A DNA stretch of 64,000 bases from Yuukianura sp. NJ FZ-2021. Taxonomy: Eukaryota. The stretch covers positions 7,440,001 to 7,504,000 of the forward strand of contig CM102290.1 in the NCBI GenBank assembly GCA_046563655.1, in the 5' to 3' direction. The position numbers and the translations under genes were made by a program. The notes under the pieces were generated by a model. It saw only the letters and a list, made by a program, of their open reading frames with translations, was not told the origin of the DNA and did no database searches. Below are positions 50,501-64,000 of the stretch, one piece after another. Numbering within the stretch: position 1 is the stretch's first letter; each line of letters opens with the position of its first letter.

Positions 50501-53500
50501 CCTCTTGGCTGTGAGGAGAGATGTGTATTGTGTTTTGTTGTTATTTTAAAGCTTGAATTTTGCAAAGGATTTTAAGTTGATGACTGATGACCCATTTAGG
50601 TTAAATTTCAAACCTATTAATTTCTCTACTCCTTTTAAAATATTGACAAACCGTGTAAGGCTTCTTCTAGCTCACACCACCACTAGGAATGTTATAGTCC
50701 AAGTTTCAAATTACAAAATTATCGTCAAAGTCTTCCTTTATACTTCAACTTGTGTGCAAAAGGTGAACGAACTTTTACCAAATCACTCACAATACATGAG
50801 GAAGTTTGGTGCGACATAATATTTCCATTTTTAAAGAAAATGTAACAACTTTCTCCAGGAAACCAAAAGAGAAAGCAACAAAGCGTCCTTTCTCTCCAAA
50901 AAAATGAAGCTTGAAAAGTAGGTCAAATTGGTTATTGTATAAATACGTTCGCAAAATACTATGTTTACAACCACAATGCATCGCGATTACAGTATGTATG
51001 ATATGTAGAATAAGGGAAGAGGTCAACTGAGTTCATTGACGATTACATGACCACGGTTAACTCACTTTTCCTGTGACATTTTACAAAGTTCTGTCAATGG
51101 TCCTTCTGTGTCCAGGAAGGTGGACACAGAAGATAAACCAACTTTTAATACATTATTAATCTGTTTATTATGGGCTAATAACTTAGGTAGAGTTGTTGCT
51201 TTCACTTTAAACTTTTCCATTCCTGTGAATGAACTCAAAGAAGCTTAAAGTCATCATACTCTACAATATGCTTTCAATAAATTTTAAACTGCTTTCATAA
51301 TATCTCAATTCCTTTAGCGAAATTCAAATTGGTTGGGAAATTCGTTCCGCTGGTTTTATATTAGTGAAATGCGTTTCACAGCACTTTACGTTTTACGCCT
51401 ACATTTCAGTATGGTTCAAGACAAGATTTAGGAAATACCTGCCATGAGTTGATAAAATTTTGAAAAGAGGCATGTTGTGAATATACAGAAGCCGGAGCTT
51501 CTCATGGTGTATAACGATGACAGATGAAGGCTTAGAGAGCATTACGTTTCTTTTGATTGTTTACACTTTGGATAATGAAAGACTTAGGGCAAAGAGGCTT
51601 CTGTCAAACAATGGACGTGAATCAAGTGATGATGATGATGGAAAAGATGTCGTCCAGTGTGGAATTGTTGATGTGATGATTGATGGTGGTGGATTTTGAA
51701 TCATGTGGGGAAGTTGTAAGTGTAATTTGACATAACGGGGTTAGTAGTTGGGTTGTCGTTGGCCATGCAGGCAGTTGAGCAACTGTTAAATCCAGTTCCA
51801 CTCTCCCTCTTCCGATGATGATCATCATCATCTTTTAGCAGTGGATCTTACCAAGTTCCGCTACTTTATATCACACATCTACACTTGAAACATCCCAAAC
51901 AACGTTACAAAAAGTTAGGTTCCGCAGGGAAAACGATTACAGGCAGTCAAGTGTGAGATGTGGAGGAAAAAAATTCCATTCGGAATAAGATTCCTCAGAG
52001 ATTTGGAACATTGTGGAACCACTTTATTACATTCATAATCTCAATCAAAATCAAATTACAACTTACAACTTATAGTAACATTTTGAAAAAAAAAAATTCT
52101 CATCTTTTTTTTTCTTTCAAAATTTCAAATCACGTTTCAAATTTGGGAATCCAATCAAGAGGACTAACTGTATTTGTAACAATAACAAGCCCTCAAAATT
52201 TCAAAAACGAACAATTTAGTAAAAAAAAAATTAAATTCAAAAAAAAGTTGCAAACGTTTCTTCTAAACTACTGCTTTAAGCGTATCCTTAAAAAATTGGC
52301 ACTGGAGTTTTTTTTTACTCGATAATGAAAGATTTTTTTTACATCTTTAGAGGAGTTCAAAAAAGTGCAATGAATTTGAGAGATAAAATTTTGCAGTTAA
52401 TTTTTTGAGTGAAAATGTCTGTATTTTGTTATGTTAGCTCATTAAATTTATAGTTTTTTTTTTCCAACAAGGGAGAGATTGTTGGAAAGCACAGTTATAA
52501 AAGTGCACAGAAACTTTTTTTAAGAGAAGGGAATTGAAGCATTAATCTTGGGTTTTTGATTGTTGTTATTTTGCAACATTCTCATAAGGTTTTGAGAATG
52601 GATCTTCCGAGCCAGTACGTGATGTCGTATAGACAGTAAAGCAGAATATAGGCGTGTATTTCATTCCATGTATCAACTTAAAGTCAGCCAAAGGTCAAGC
52701 ACCTTCTAACTAACACTTCCCTCACACTCCCCAAAATATCAAAATCCAAAGGAAATTTATGAACAGCAATTTCCAAAAATGTAAAAAATAGTCTTTTCAA
52801 AAAGTTGTTTCAAATTTTATGGATCTACTTGTTTGGATCTAATGAAGCAGTACAAAATGACAGCGGTGTCTGACTGAAGTAAAGTATCCAGGAAGGACTT
52901 TGGCTGTGCTGGAAATGTCCAGAATAGCACGTCAAGAACTTAAGCTCCCTCCGACATCAAAAGCTTGTCGAAAAGTCCAAAACCTAGCAGAAAAGTCTAA
53001 CTTTTAGAGGAAGACGCTACGGAGGCAGGTCATTGCCCTCGAACGACCTCTTTTCCGAAGCATAAACAAGAACTGTACCGTTACGCTACAAGACTCTAGC
53101 TTTTCCCTAAGGTTCCAGCAACCAACCAAATAATGTCTCTGGAGGACGCTTATATTTTCTTATAATTTTACAATTGGATTTGTCTTTACAGGCTTCAAAC
53201 ACACACGCACGCACGCTCACTATTATTCATTACTTGGCCCACTTTTTACAACATAAGATACAAAAATAATAATGTTCCAGCACACCAGGAAGAAAAAAAA
53301 ACAGGTTTCAAACAAGAGGGAAATATGAAAAAATAAAATAAATTAAGACTCGATGTTCAGTTAAAGCATTTCTATGTTCATGTTCACTCCGAATTTAAAA
53401 TAGTGCTTCATGGCCTAAAAATAAAAACATGATAATAATAAAGTGAAAAGTTTTTAGTTGATTTTATAAAGTATATTTTCAAAATGAAAAAGAAAAGGGT

Positions 53501-56500
53501 CGTTAAGTATTCAGCATTTCGGCTTCTCTGTTTTGAAATAATTTATCACGCTCGTCTTTCATACTTTTTCTTTCAAAATGAATTAATTAACGTATGTTAT
53601 AACTGGATCAGACTTGCTTGCTTCATCTTATTCTCTGTAAAATTACATTAAAACTTAATGCGGTACATGATGATTTCCTGAATTTGTAAGTTGCCAAAAA
53701 AATGTTAAACTGAAAAAAAAGAGAAGAGAAATCACCGAAATTGGAGATGAGATTCCGTTTCTTTTTGGAAAAAGTTGTTGAGGTGTGGGTAGACTTTATA
53801 AATCTTTGTAATTCTTTGTCGTTTTTTCAGGTTTGGCGAGTCCTTAACAAACAAATTTACATAAATTTTTTCGGAAAATGTTTTCCGCCTCCTGGGTCAC
53901 TGACCTCTACTGGCCAGGGTGATTTCCCTTCCTACTATATCTCATCTTTGATTCAAAATTTAAAATTCAACTATTATCCGCATCTTCCGCTCCGTTCACA
54001 TCACATCACATACAAACACTGCCTCAAGTAGATTCGATTCGATTATCATCATCTTCACTACCGCTAAGCATCATCATCTTCAGAGATGCAGATGATCCCT
54101 CTTAAAACATAGTCTTTTGTCCTTTTGTTTTTCTTTTAATTACGCGTATAATGAGCTTTAAGTACTTTTCAGACGTTGTTTCCAAGTTGTTTTCACAAAG
54201 CCTAACCCAGCATTAAAAAGAAAACTTTGGAATATCTTGAAATTCGTTATTTTGATACATCATGTTCACTTTTACTAGTGTCGAGGCGGGTGACCTTTTG
54301 GGAATTGAATGCTTTGGTATTCTTTAGAAGCTATTTGGGCGGTGGAGGGATTGGGAAAGTCTCCAAGAAAACAACGAGCGACAGGTCAAGAGCCTTTTAG
54401 ATGCAATCGGTGACATAAGGACATGTTTCCGAGAGTACAAAAAGATATTTGAAGGTTTTCCTTGCAAAGTAGTTACTCAATGATGGATCGCTGATAATTT
54501 CAGTGATAGGATTCAATGGAAAAGGACAGTTTGGAGCTTCAGTGTTACAAACTAATTCTCAAGTGTCAAAGCCCAAGTCTTTCCCCTACACTTCAAAAAC
54601 TTCTCGGTTTTGTCATTTCCTTTTAACATCCGCTTCTCCACCGATTTCTAAGTTGGAGAATCCTTAAAGTTCATTGGAAGATGCTGGAGGAAGATACGAG
54701 TGTAGAAGATGTTAGAAGATGCCAACGGAGACATTTAATCACAAAGTTCATCTTCTGTTGCCTCTTCCAACTAATCGATCGTTTTGCCAATATCTTTTAG
54801 CTACAAACGAGCTGCTGCCTTTTGCCTTTAATCCCATCCTGCTTCTAGGCTTCTCGCACTTCTCGACTTTAGTGTCCTCATGGAAATAGAAGCGTTAGAG
54901 GTCAGTGACCTCCCGAGAGTCTTATTATTCTTTCCTTCCAGAAGTTCCTTACAAAGGGGGCCCTTCATCTCTGTTTACATCTTTCGGGAAAGCACCCTAT
55001 CTTGTTATTTCCAGATAGCTGTGAGAAGGGAATAGCCCTTTGAGCCCTTTATCCCATTACCCCATGAATCCCTTCACGAAAGACATATGAAGGACAGGGC
55101 GATGACCCTATTGAAAAAAATAACTAACCTAGGCCTCTAATGATCACTTTCTGGAACAAAACATACAACAGCCAACCACTTTTTTTTTGAAAAACGAAAA
55201 AAAAAAAGTGAAATAGGAAATACGAAAACTCATCAAGTTTTAAAGTAGCAAAGTAATCTCTTGAACAAAACATCTAATGGCTTATGGATTTTAAATTTAA
55301 AGCACGAAAAGCACATCTTCCTGGAACAGAAATAAAAAAAAACTAGAAATGTTTCGAACCTGATTGAAACAACAAACTCTTCAACTTAACTCCAAATGAT
55401 GACATATAGAACAAATTTAAATTATGAAGTTTCAGAGAGTTTCATCTTTTAACAAAGAAACTTACTTTTTAACTCCACAAAACCTTAGTTTTGTGAAATC
55501 CGAGTCCTAATTTAAAAAATATACTTTTGAGCGAAAAAAAAAATTCTGCATGCTTTTAACAATTTTTTTGTGGAACACTAATGACTCAACAGACATTGCG
55601 TTTTTTTTTCCAGTTTAAAAAAATTGTGTTGAGGAGTATATGGGAATTTTCATGAGAGTGAAGCTAAAAATGAGGCCTAAAAAGTTTATTTTTGGACTAA
55701 AGCATCTTTTGGAAGAGATTTGAAGATGAGTTGTTCTATTTGAAAAGAAAAACTGTTGGGGAAGGCCTATTGTTTGGGATTTTTAAGCTCCTTCCACTTT
55801 TTGTGTAGTAAGAAAGTTCCTCTTCGTCTAGAAATAGTTGTTTGAACAATTTCTGAACAAGGCTTAAAAGTGTGTGGAAAAGCAGTAGCTGCGGCTGGTT
55901 GAAGTAGGATGCAGAGATCCTTTCCCCTTCGTTCTATTCATTTCATAACTTGTAACGGGACTCTTCTTCCAACAACCAAACAAGTCTTCAAGGCCAGAAG
56001 ATGAAAAACATCTTCGTTGTCTTCGGTTGAATGACCCTATCACTTCCATTTCCATCAATCCATCAACTTTCTACGTCAACACAGATTAATCACCACCAAT
56101 TTTAATCAACAATCCATCTCTACCTCAACCACGATTAGCTAAACTCTAATTTGGGCTAAGATCTAATCCTGCTCTTAACTTCGTGGTGAAAGAGGTAAAA
56201 GTTTCTACTGCGACAATAAAAAGCAAATGTAATTGTTTTCTTTTAAATTTTGGACTTTGTTTTTTGGTTTAGCTTTTGCTCGGGAAAAATGCTAAAGTGT
56301 GAAATCACTTTTTCAAAATTTTTAAACATGGAGTGACTTTAGATCAAAGTCAACACTGAATTAGTTAAGCTTTGAAAATTTCGTTTTGATTAGAAATGCT
56401 TGGTTTGTTTCAAAACGTTAAGTTGTCAACCTTGTTCCCGGACGAACAGTGAGGGTGCCTGTCACATCTTCATCTCTGTCACTGTCGCCATTGGTAATTC

Positions 56501-57534
56501 CCGTAAGGTAAAAAGTGAATGACCGCGATCCGGAAGATTTTTCCTGTGTAATCCTGTTTCCCCTGCTCATCTGAATTTCATCATCGCTTCCTTACAATAA
56601 TTCTAAAATGTCCAAAAAACCAAACCCTTGTATTGCTCTCCGAAGCAATTTCGAGTGCTCACTACTATTCAATACTACGGGCCGGAATAGGCCACTAACT
56701 TTTGGACAGGGATGAGGATCTTGAGATGTTCTAAGGAGTCCATGACAGTCCAGAACTCTCTGACACTATCACGCTAGAATGATATTTATTAGCAAACAGC
56801 TCAAACCCAATCTACAGTTCATTGACCAGGCTCCTACTTGGGCATAAGAGTGAGAGGAGTAAACTAATCTTAGGATCCAACCAGGAAAATAAATAAAGAG
56901 TAGACCAGTTTAAAAAAAGTTTGTAAATAAACATTTTTTAAAACAAGATTTAAAAATGGGTTTTAAAATTACCTTTCTTTCCTTGCGTGTTGGTAGAGAT
57001 GCTGCTGTCCAGGTCAGAGATAAGTCCGTTCCCACTTCCTGGTGAAAGTGACTGGGCTTCATGTCCGTGAGTCGTACTTCCTGGACTCTGCGCAGTATCG
57101 AACGGGTCGAGGTCAGAGGTCATCATCGCTTCGTCTTCCGGCTCAACTTTGATTCGGGAAACTTCGTCATCAAGTCTTAGCCTTCCGCCGTTACCGTTAT
57201 CCACTGGACTCGACGTTGACAAGCTACCATTGTTGCCATTACTGCTACTGTCAACTTGGACTACACCAGGCGGTTCCGTCTTGATAATTTGATGATGGAG
57301 GTGTTGTTGATGGGACTGGTGGTGGTGTTGAAGAATCGCAGCATTGCTGTCCACTTGTTGACGTTGTTGCGTCAATTCTGGAGAGTCGGCGTCACTTCGT
57401 CCAAACGAATCAAAGATATCTGTGGCTCCATCGTCATCACAAAAACTGAGTTCAAAATCAAAATTGTTTTGGGAACTGAGTGAAGCCAAATTGGAATTGG
57501 TGGAGGCACTGGAACTGGACTCAACTTTGAACAT
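47569..57534 (-). CDS. Eip78C: Ecdysone-induced nuclear receptor E78 (NR1E1); exons ~57534-56973, 50405-50255, 49804-49704, 49235-48913, 48362-48093, 47916-47569
   Basis: [114 protein letters not shown]-terminal [12 protein letters not shown]. These match E78 rather than E75 or HR3. Confidence 0.92.
50202..56828. promoter_or_regulatory. Cluster of IR1 ecdysone-response-element-like palindromes in E78 introns
   Basis: RGKTCA-n-TGACCY-like sites at 50202, 50233, 50491, 51030, 53027, 53894, 54899 and 56816. Confidence 0.75.
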
Positions 57535-60500
57535 TTTCTATCGTTGTTACCTTCATGTGCTTTGGACTCCAATCTAAACAAAACAGTACAATTAACTTTT
57601 AGGTTCACTTTTGATCAAAAAAGCTACAAGTTTCTAATTTGAAGAAATTGACTCTTCAGACTTTCACTGTTTTGAAAATTAAAAAATTAACAAGGTGTGA
57701 ATATCGTCTTCCAAAGCTCTACACTTCCTGTGGTTTATCCTATCCCTAACTTTTTAGACAAAATTAAAGTTTTGAGTTTCCTAGGTTGAGTTTCAAAGGA
57801 GCATCCGACTGCTGTTCCTTCTACTTCTAAAGCTGGTGACCAAATAAGAGAGGAAGAAAAGATACCCGAATTCCAAGGAAAGTGAAAGAAGCGGGAGAAA
57901 GGATTTCTGGCTACCACTTTTGCTTAGAGCTGAAAAGTAAAGCAACTCTCACGTGTCGAGTCTTGGCGAACCATATTGATTTAATTCACGTGTAGTCACA
58001 CGCGCGTTGGCACACAACAATACGCCTAACTTATGTATATCAAAACACTAATTACCTGCACAAAGAAAATTCTGTGCGTTTTTTGCTCTTTGGTTTAAAA
58101 TTTTTATGGATTTCTCAAAAAAACTAACAGCTTAAGCGAGTAAAAACCTTTTTGATTGCAATTTTTAAAATCCCAGTTGCACAACGCAAAAAAATGATAA
58201 ATTGCAGGTTTGAGTAGAGAAAGTTTTAAACAATGTTTTTGGACGGTGACAAAGTGAAGAGAGGCGGAAGTGTACCACTTCCATGACAAGGGTGTTAACC
58301 TATTGTTTGACTTTGGAAAGTTAAACTTATAATGCTTGTAACTAAAGTTGTTCTGAGAATAGTAATTAAGATGTGCTAAAAGAAGTAATTGATTGAGCAT
58401 TTATCGGTCGATGACTTTTTTGTGGCTCCTGGGTTTTGGGCAGAGCCTTGCAGAAACAGAGTAGCACGTCACTACCGCACGCATCAAACCAAACCAACCA
58501 CCACGTAGGGTTGTGGCTGAGTAGCGTTTTCGCGGAGGCGAATGTTTATGTTGTTGTTGATTCTTTGTTGTTACACCGCACAGAAATATCAACACTTTAC
58601 GACAGATTAACTAAAGGAGGATGCAGACGTGGGCTAGTTTCCTCAATTTACCGGAATGGAAACAGTTCAATGTTCTCTGCAATCATTTTTTTTCATGAGT
58701 TCATTTCATTTCGAACAGAGTCTAGAAAACAACACGTTTACGTTCTTATTTCCTTTTCCAAGTTTTCGAAAAGTTCATTTAATATTGTTTTGCCAAATTT
58801 TTATTGCCGTTTTCATTTTGTTTCAAAACATTCACCGAAAAAACAAGAAAGTATAGAAAAACAATACTGATACACTTCAAAAATTTTTGCACGACTTATT
58901 TTTCAACCAGTTAATTTTTTTTATGTTCTTTTGTAAAATTTGTATTCAACAAATTGACTTTAGTTGGACTCTCTAAACGCTGAAAATGAAAAGATTAACC
59001 TTTAATTTTAAATTTTGGGATTAATTGATTAAATATTTAAATGATAATTTTTCAAATGAGAAGTTTTGGGACAATTTCTGACTCCGAGGAGTCCGAAAAT
59101 AGTTTGCCAAGACTTCAAAGTAGAATTCTGAGGCCTTTTTTGAGCAACTGCAAATCTGAAATGAATCAACTGGTGTAGTAGCTTATTCTGAAACATGTGG
59201 AGACAGGGAGATTGTGTACAAAGAATTGTAGCAACTGGGATTATGTCACAAAGGCTTTAGTACGAGAAGATTAATTCTCGCAATTAATCAGAACCATCAT
59301 GGATCTTAACCACAAATGAACAGTGGACTACTGCAGTCTGGATTCAAATCTCAAAAGTAACAATCAGCTATCTAAACTCTTTCAGCTATCAAAAAACCTG
59401 GTCAAATTCGAATTCTATTTTACACAATTTCAAACAAGAAAAATGGTTTTTAAAAAAAAAATTTGATTCTAACATTTTTTTTTTCAGTTGTCAGTAATCA
59501 GCTCCTGCGTTAATCAATTAATCGTTTACCAAAATTCCATTTTACAAACTTACAACGAGGATGGAAAATTTTCCGCCGTCCAGATTCTCCTATTGGTGAA
59601 AGTGTCGTCGCACGTCAAAAAAAAAAACAACTTTGCAAGAACTTTAGTGTTTCAATTGAGTAGGGCTGCTAATTTTCAAGCGGCAATTTCAAATTGAAAA
59701 AATTTCAAAGGAGAAAGTAAATGTCACTAAACAGGGATCACTTGTTTCATGGAATCACTTGACCTCGGGAGCCCTGTGACTTCGGCCATGGACTTGACGA
59801 AGAAGTAACAACGTGACCAGGGCTGAACTGATCTTGAGAAGCCAAATGCAGACTGAGAGATGCTTCGGTTTGTGTCCCTCATTTTCCCCTCAAAATTCTT
59901 CATTTTGTTTTCATCTTCATCTTCTTCAGGTTTCCCTTGGCTGCCACTGCACTTCCTCACTCACTTTCCCACTTACTTCTTACTGTAACTAAGTCTGTGG
60001 TGGGCTAAAAGGAGACGCCGCCACGGTTTCTTCTTAAACACAACCATTTCAACTCCATTTCAATCAAATACAACCACTTTGAGGAACTCCCTACTCAAAT
60101 CAATAGGATTCATCAAAAGTCAAACTAGAAAAGTGGACTGGAGGGTCTTGACCTCTGAAACGTTTGCTCTAAGGGGTCAAGAGAACCAAGAGCATTATTC
60201 TGTTAGGACACTTCCAGGATCAAACGTTACTCAATTGTTTCGAAATTTTGAAAAAAAAGATTTTAATCATATTCTACCTAACTGGAATTTCATAATTTCC
60301 AAATGCTATCGACCTCAATTCCAATTCATTTGTCAGTTTGTTACGCCAAAAAGTATCAAGGCGTCATTTCGTTTCTCTAATGCCAAAACACGATTCGGAA
60401 ATAGTTTATGTAAAGAGAGTGTTTGTACAGCAGTCACTGAACTTTTCCATGTCAAATTTTGAGCCGTCAGGAAGCAAAATCTGCATTTTTGTTGCTTTTG

Positions 60501-63500
60501 AGAAAGTAAATTTCAAATTTTAGACGAATAAGACTTGTTTTAAATAGATTTTGATTTCGTCTAGCCTTCGACCTGCAAAGGCACACACTAGTACTGCTCT
60601 GCTTATTCAGCTGAAGTCATTTGTACCTGGAGGGGTACACAAGAAACTTGTTTATAAATTTTCATACCTTTTGTTTAATTTGTAATTTTTGGCGTTTTGT
60701 ACAAAACTCAAATAACGTGGAATGCCGGTGAGTTTTGTTTTACAAGTTTGTGTAAATTGGCTAAAGAAAAAGAGACACTTAAGAGAGTGACGATTCAATT
60801 AAAGTGAAGATGAGGTAAGGAGATGGTGAGTGGTTTGTTAGAGGAAAACGAAAGATTTGTTAGTTATGGAGTCATTGATTCCATGAGCATCTTCTTCACA
60901 ATTCCAATTTTCATGACCTAAGCCACATGCTGAGCAAACTCATTTAGGAGCGCCTTTTCTAATTATTAAATTGAAATATACTCAAAATTTAAATTTTCAA
61001 GTCAGAACATGCGCAACGGGAAATTTCGAATTCTGACACCTTTACATTAAATGCTGCTCCGCTACTTTGTCAAAAAAATAATCTACAATGTTTCTAATTG
61101 CCTTTACATGGACATGGACAGTGAAACTTTCTATAATTAAAAAAAAACAATTACAATTTGTGTTGTCAAAAAATAATCGTCTTGCATTCGATTTCTGAAT
61201 GAAATTAAAAAAAACTGTGTTTTGCTTAACAAAAAACAAACATTCTTCTGTATACGCTGGTATTCAAAAAAATCTGTTATTATAATATGTGTAATTTCGC
61301 AAGTTTCATTTGCGAAAATTATGGCAAAATTTCAGTCAAAAAAAAATTATGAAAAAGTGTTGGATTCGTAAGTTAATTGAGCCAGTTTAATCGGTTTAAT
61401 CGGTTTGGAAGTTAAAGAATTCGTGAGTTGAAGGGGTAAACTGTATTTGCCAATTGCGAAGTAATCTTAAATTGCAATTTGCGTGTAAGTTGGCAAAGCC
61501 AGAAACAGGATTTTTGGAATCCTTTGGAGACTTTCTTGCATGGCGCTTTACCCGAGTCCAAAGTCATTCATTACATCCAAACATTATAAAGAGAGAACAA
61601 GACTTGGGTTGGAACATTCAGCATCAACCATCCATTTCTTTTCGGCTTCCCAGCATCAATAACCTGGCAGAATCCGTTAGATCCCAAGTCCACACAAAAC
61701 AACTTACGGAGGGAAGCATGAGTGTTGTTGGCAGGAGAAGAAGTGATGCTTGAGGATCCACAAGATGCAGGCACAAGATGACTTGAAGATCCAGTGATTA
61801 TCACCATAGGGTCATAATTGGGATAAATACTATGCGGGAACTAACTGCGAGATCCAACAGTAATTACAATTATTCCTCCATTAGAAACACAGGAAGTAGG
61901 ACTCTACAGTCTGCCTACACCTTGTGAGAAATCAAGACAAAAAAAAACTGCAACACTGCAAAACGGATTTTAAAACTCAGGCTTCACCCCTTCAGGCAAA
62001 GGAATTGACCACTTTTTACTTCAAAATATTATAAATTACAAGTAAGAACTTTATAATTAAAAGCAAAAAAAAAGATGCCGTTACTTTTTGCAAATAATCA
62101 CAAAAATACCACTTTCATCAGTCTAATTTCCAAAACATAGGCTACAACAATTTACGAGAGTAATGGTTAGGAACAATGTGCATCTCTTTTGAGTACAAAT
62201 TGGAAGAAAAATTTAAATTCGCAAATTTTCATCTTTTGTCATTTTGTCTTCTTCTTTTACGCAAAAAAGCTTGGAATCTTTCTTTGGTCATGCATTTCTA
62301 AAGAATTCAGATGAGAATTTATTAAATTTTTTTTTGAAAATCATAAAGAGTTGAGGTACTATAGTATAAGGCGGGATCTGTTGAAGTTGCAAATTCGCAA
62401 ATTCTGAGCACACCTATGCATTGAAAATTGCTTAGGAAGGAAAAGTGTTGTGAGTTCAATGGAAGAGTAATGGGCCTACTTGATATGCACTCCCTGTATT
62501 CTTCCCAGGAGATAACTTCAAGTTTTCCCAAATTAATTTCCTTGTTTTTTTTTTCTTGTGATGGAATCACATTTTGGCAAAGTGAAAGTCACAATTAGCT
62601 TCTCCCTGGTCTCGGTTGCAGTGTTCCGTAATTTTTGTGTTTAATACCGGTTTGCCTTTTCAAATTTGTGCAAATTAACAACGGTTTCACGTGCATTAAA
62701 CTTATTCAACATTCAAAACATTTTTATGGGCTCGTTCGTTGTACCTTGTGCACATTTTGGAGTTATTGCTTCCTTGTTACATGTGCTTCTGCACAACAAC
62801 TTCAGTGTGGATATCCCGCCATCTACTTACGACGCTTTGAAATTACTTTCACTAACACCAAAATGCAGTTCTACATCAAGATAGAGGAAGCTGTAAACCC
62901 GCGAAGAAAGTTTGAGATTTTTTTTTCTCAAAGCAGGCTTCATGCAATTTTGAATCCAAAACAATTTTAAACTAAAACCGACCACATTTTTTTCAGAAAT
63001 TGAGTTTTAAAGGCAGTCACTTTCATAGTGCTTACGACGTTTCTGTGTTTGGATTTTCTAGTCCGCTTTCTTTGGGTTTAGCAACTACATTACTCAAAAA
63101 TTTACGAAGTTTTGAAACGTATTTTTTGAGAATGGTGTTAGAGGAGCTCAACTGTCGCAGTATGTTTGTCGCTTCTGATGTGTACTTAAAAGTTGAATGT
63201 TGCATGAAAAGATGGTGATATGGCAAAGAAAGTCGATCTCCTTAGATTCCATTGTTTCCTTTGTTGATGCACTTTCTTCATGGATCCTATGTGGTGGCTA
63301 TTGGTCCTCTGAGCCTCTTTTTAAAGGTTTTTTTTTGTCTAAAAAGTGAAAGTCCTACAGAGGGAAAGAAAGTGATCTCAGTCACTACTTTCTTCAAACC
63401 TAAATGTGAAATGTGAATGTAAAGTGCACATTGCTCACATAGCGTCCAATCATTAGCCAAAATGGAAAACCTTACTGTAAGAAGATGTTGTTAATGTTTT

Positions 63501-64000
63501 CTTAATTCCTGGAAATACAACGTTTGAACTGCATTGTAAAATAAAGTTAACGTTAAGTTAGTCTAGGAGAGTACTGAAAATTGTGGTTAACTTGAAATGA
63601 AAATACTATTTTGAAATTCTGTAAATTGCTTAACTTTTTTTCTTTTTGTGCTGGGATTCGGTGTTTTGGATCGGAGTGCATCGTAGTGACGCAAATGCGC
63701 AGTTGGTTTGGAAAAGTTTTACTTTCACTGTTGTTCCTGGACTGCTGGATGGATTCGGGTGTGGAGAGCAGGGGAACGAAGGCTGTTTTCCAGTGTAGAA
63801 ATCTGAGCAATGCAGTTGAAAGCGTGCTAAGCGTAACTTGGACTTTTACCTGCTCCAGTCCTGTCTCTTCGCTGATTCTGGACGGCTGGAACTTTAGCGA
63901 TTCCTCTGCTCTGTCTTGTCTCTCGTGTGCTTTTTTCCCTCGGTGTCCCGCTCCAGACAAGTGAGACTGGAATGCTCATGTTTTGTGTGAAAAGAACAAA

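Noticed and set aside
57600..64000. ORFs upstream of E78 (e.g. 58436-58870, 60079-60462, 63553-63960, 63611-63964)
   Set aside because: No recognisable protein features. Probably E78 5'UTR exons, introns and regulatory DNA, which cannot be resolved without transcripts.

Overview
Eukaryotic, intron-rich, AT-rich DNA from an arthropod. The many ~55-70 nt introns, TTAGG runs, TCAGT initiators and an ecdysone-cascade nuclear receptor point to a compact hexapod-like genome; the species cannot be fixed from sequence alone. Ten protein-coding genes were assembled by hand: a natriuretic-peptide-receptor/receptor guanylyl cyclase-like gene (-, runs off the left edge), alpha-mannosidase MAN2C1 (+), Pol III subunit RPC7/POLR3G-like (-, intronless), DPH3 (-), PQBP1 (-), eIF3f (-), porcupine (+), NELL (-), ADP/ATP translocase (+) and nuclear receptor E78 (-). 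Several non-autonomous DNA transposons/MITEs are also present. No prokaryotic systems, CRISPR arrays, rRNA or tRNA were seen. The best leads are: a probable dicistronic DPH3-RPC7 transcript (76-nt spacer) with a tandemly duplicated 5'UTR intron-like unit; a cluster of IR1 ecdysone response elements inside E78; a second signal-peptide first exon for NELL about 9 kb upstream; a candidate short-N-terminus E78 isoform; and a fold-back MITE plus a TAATG-coupled uORF in the porcupine leader. Exon boundaries were read by eye and need RNA-seq confirmation.
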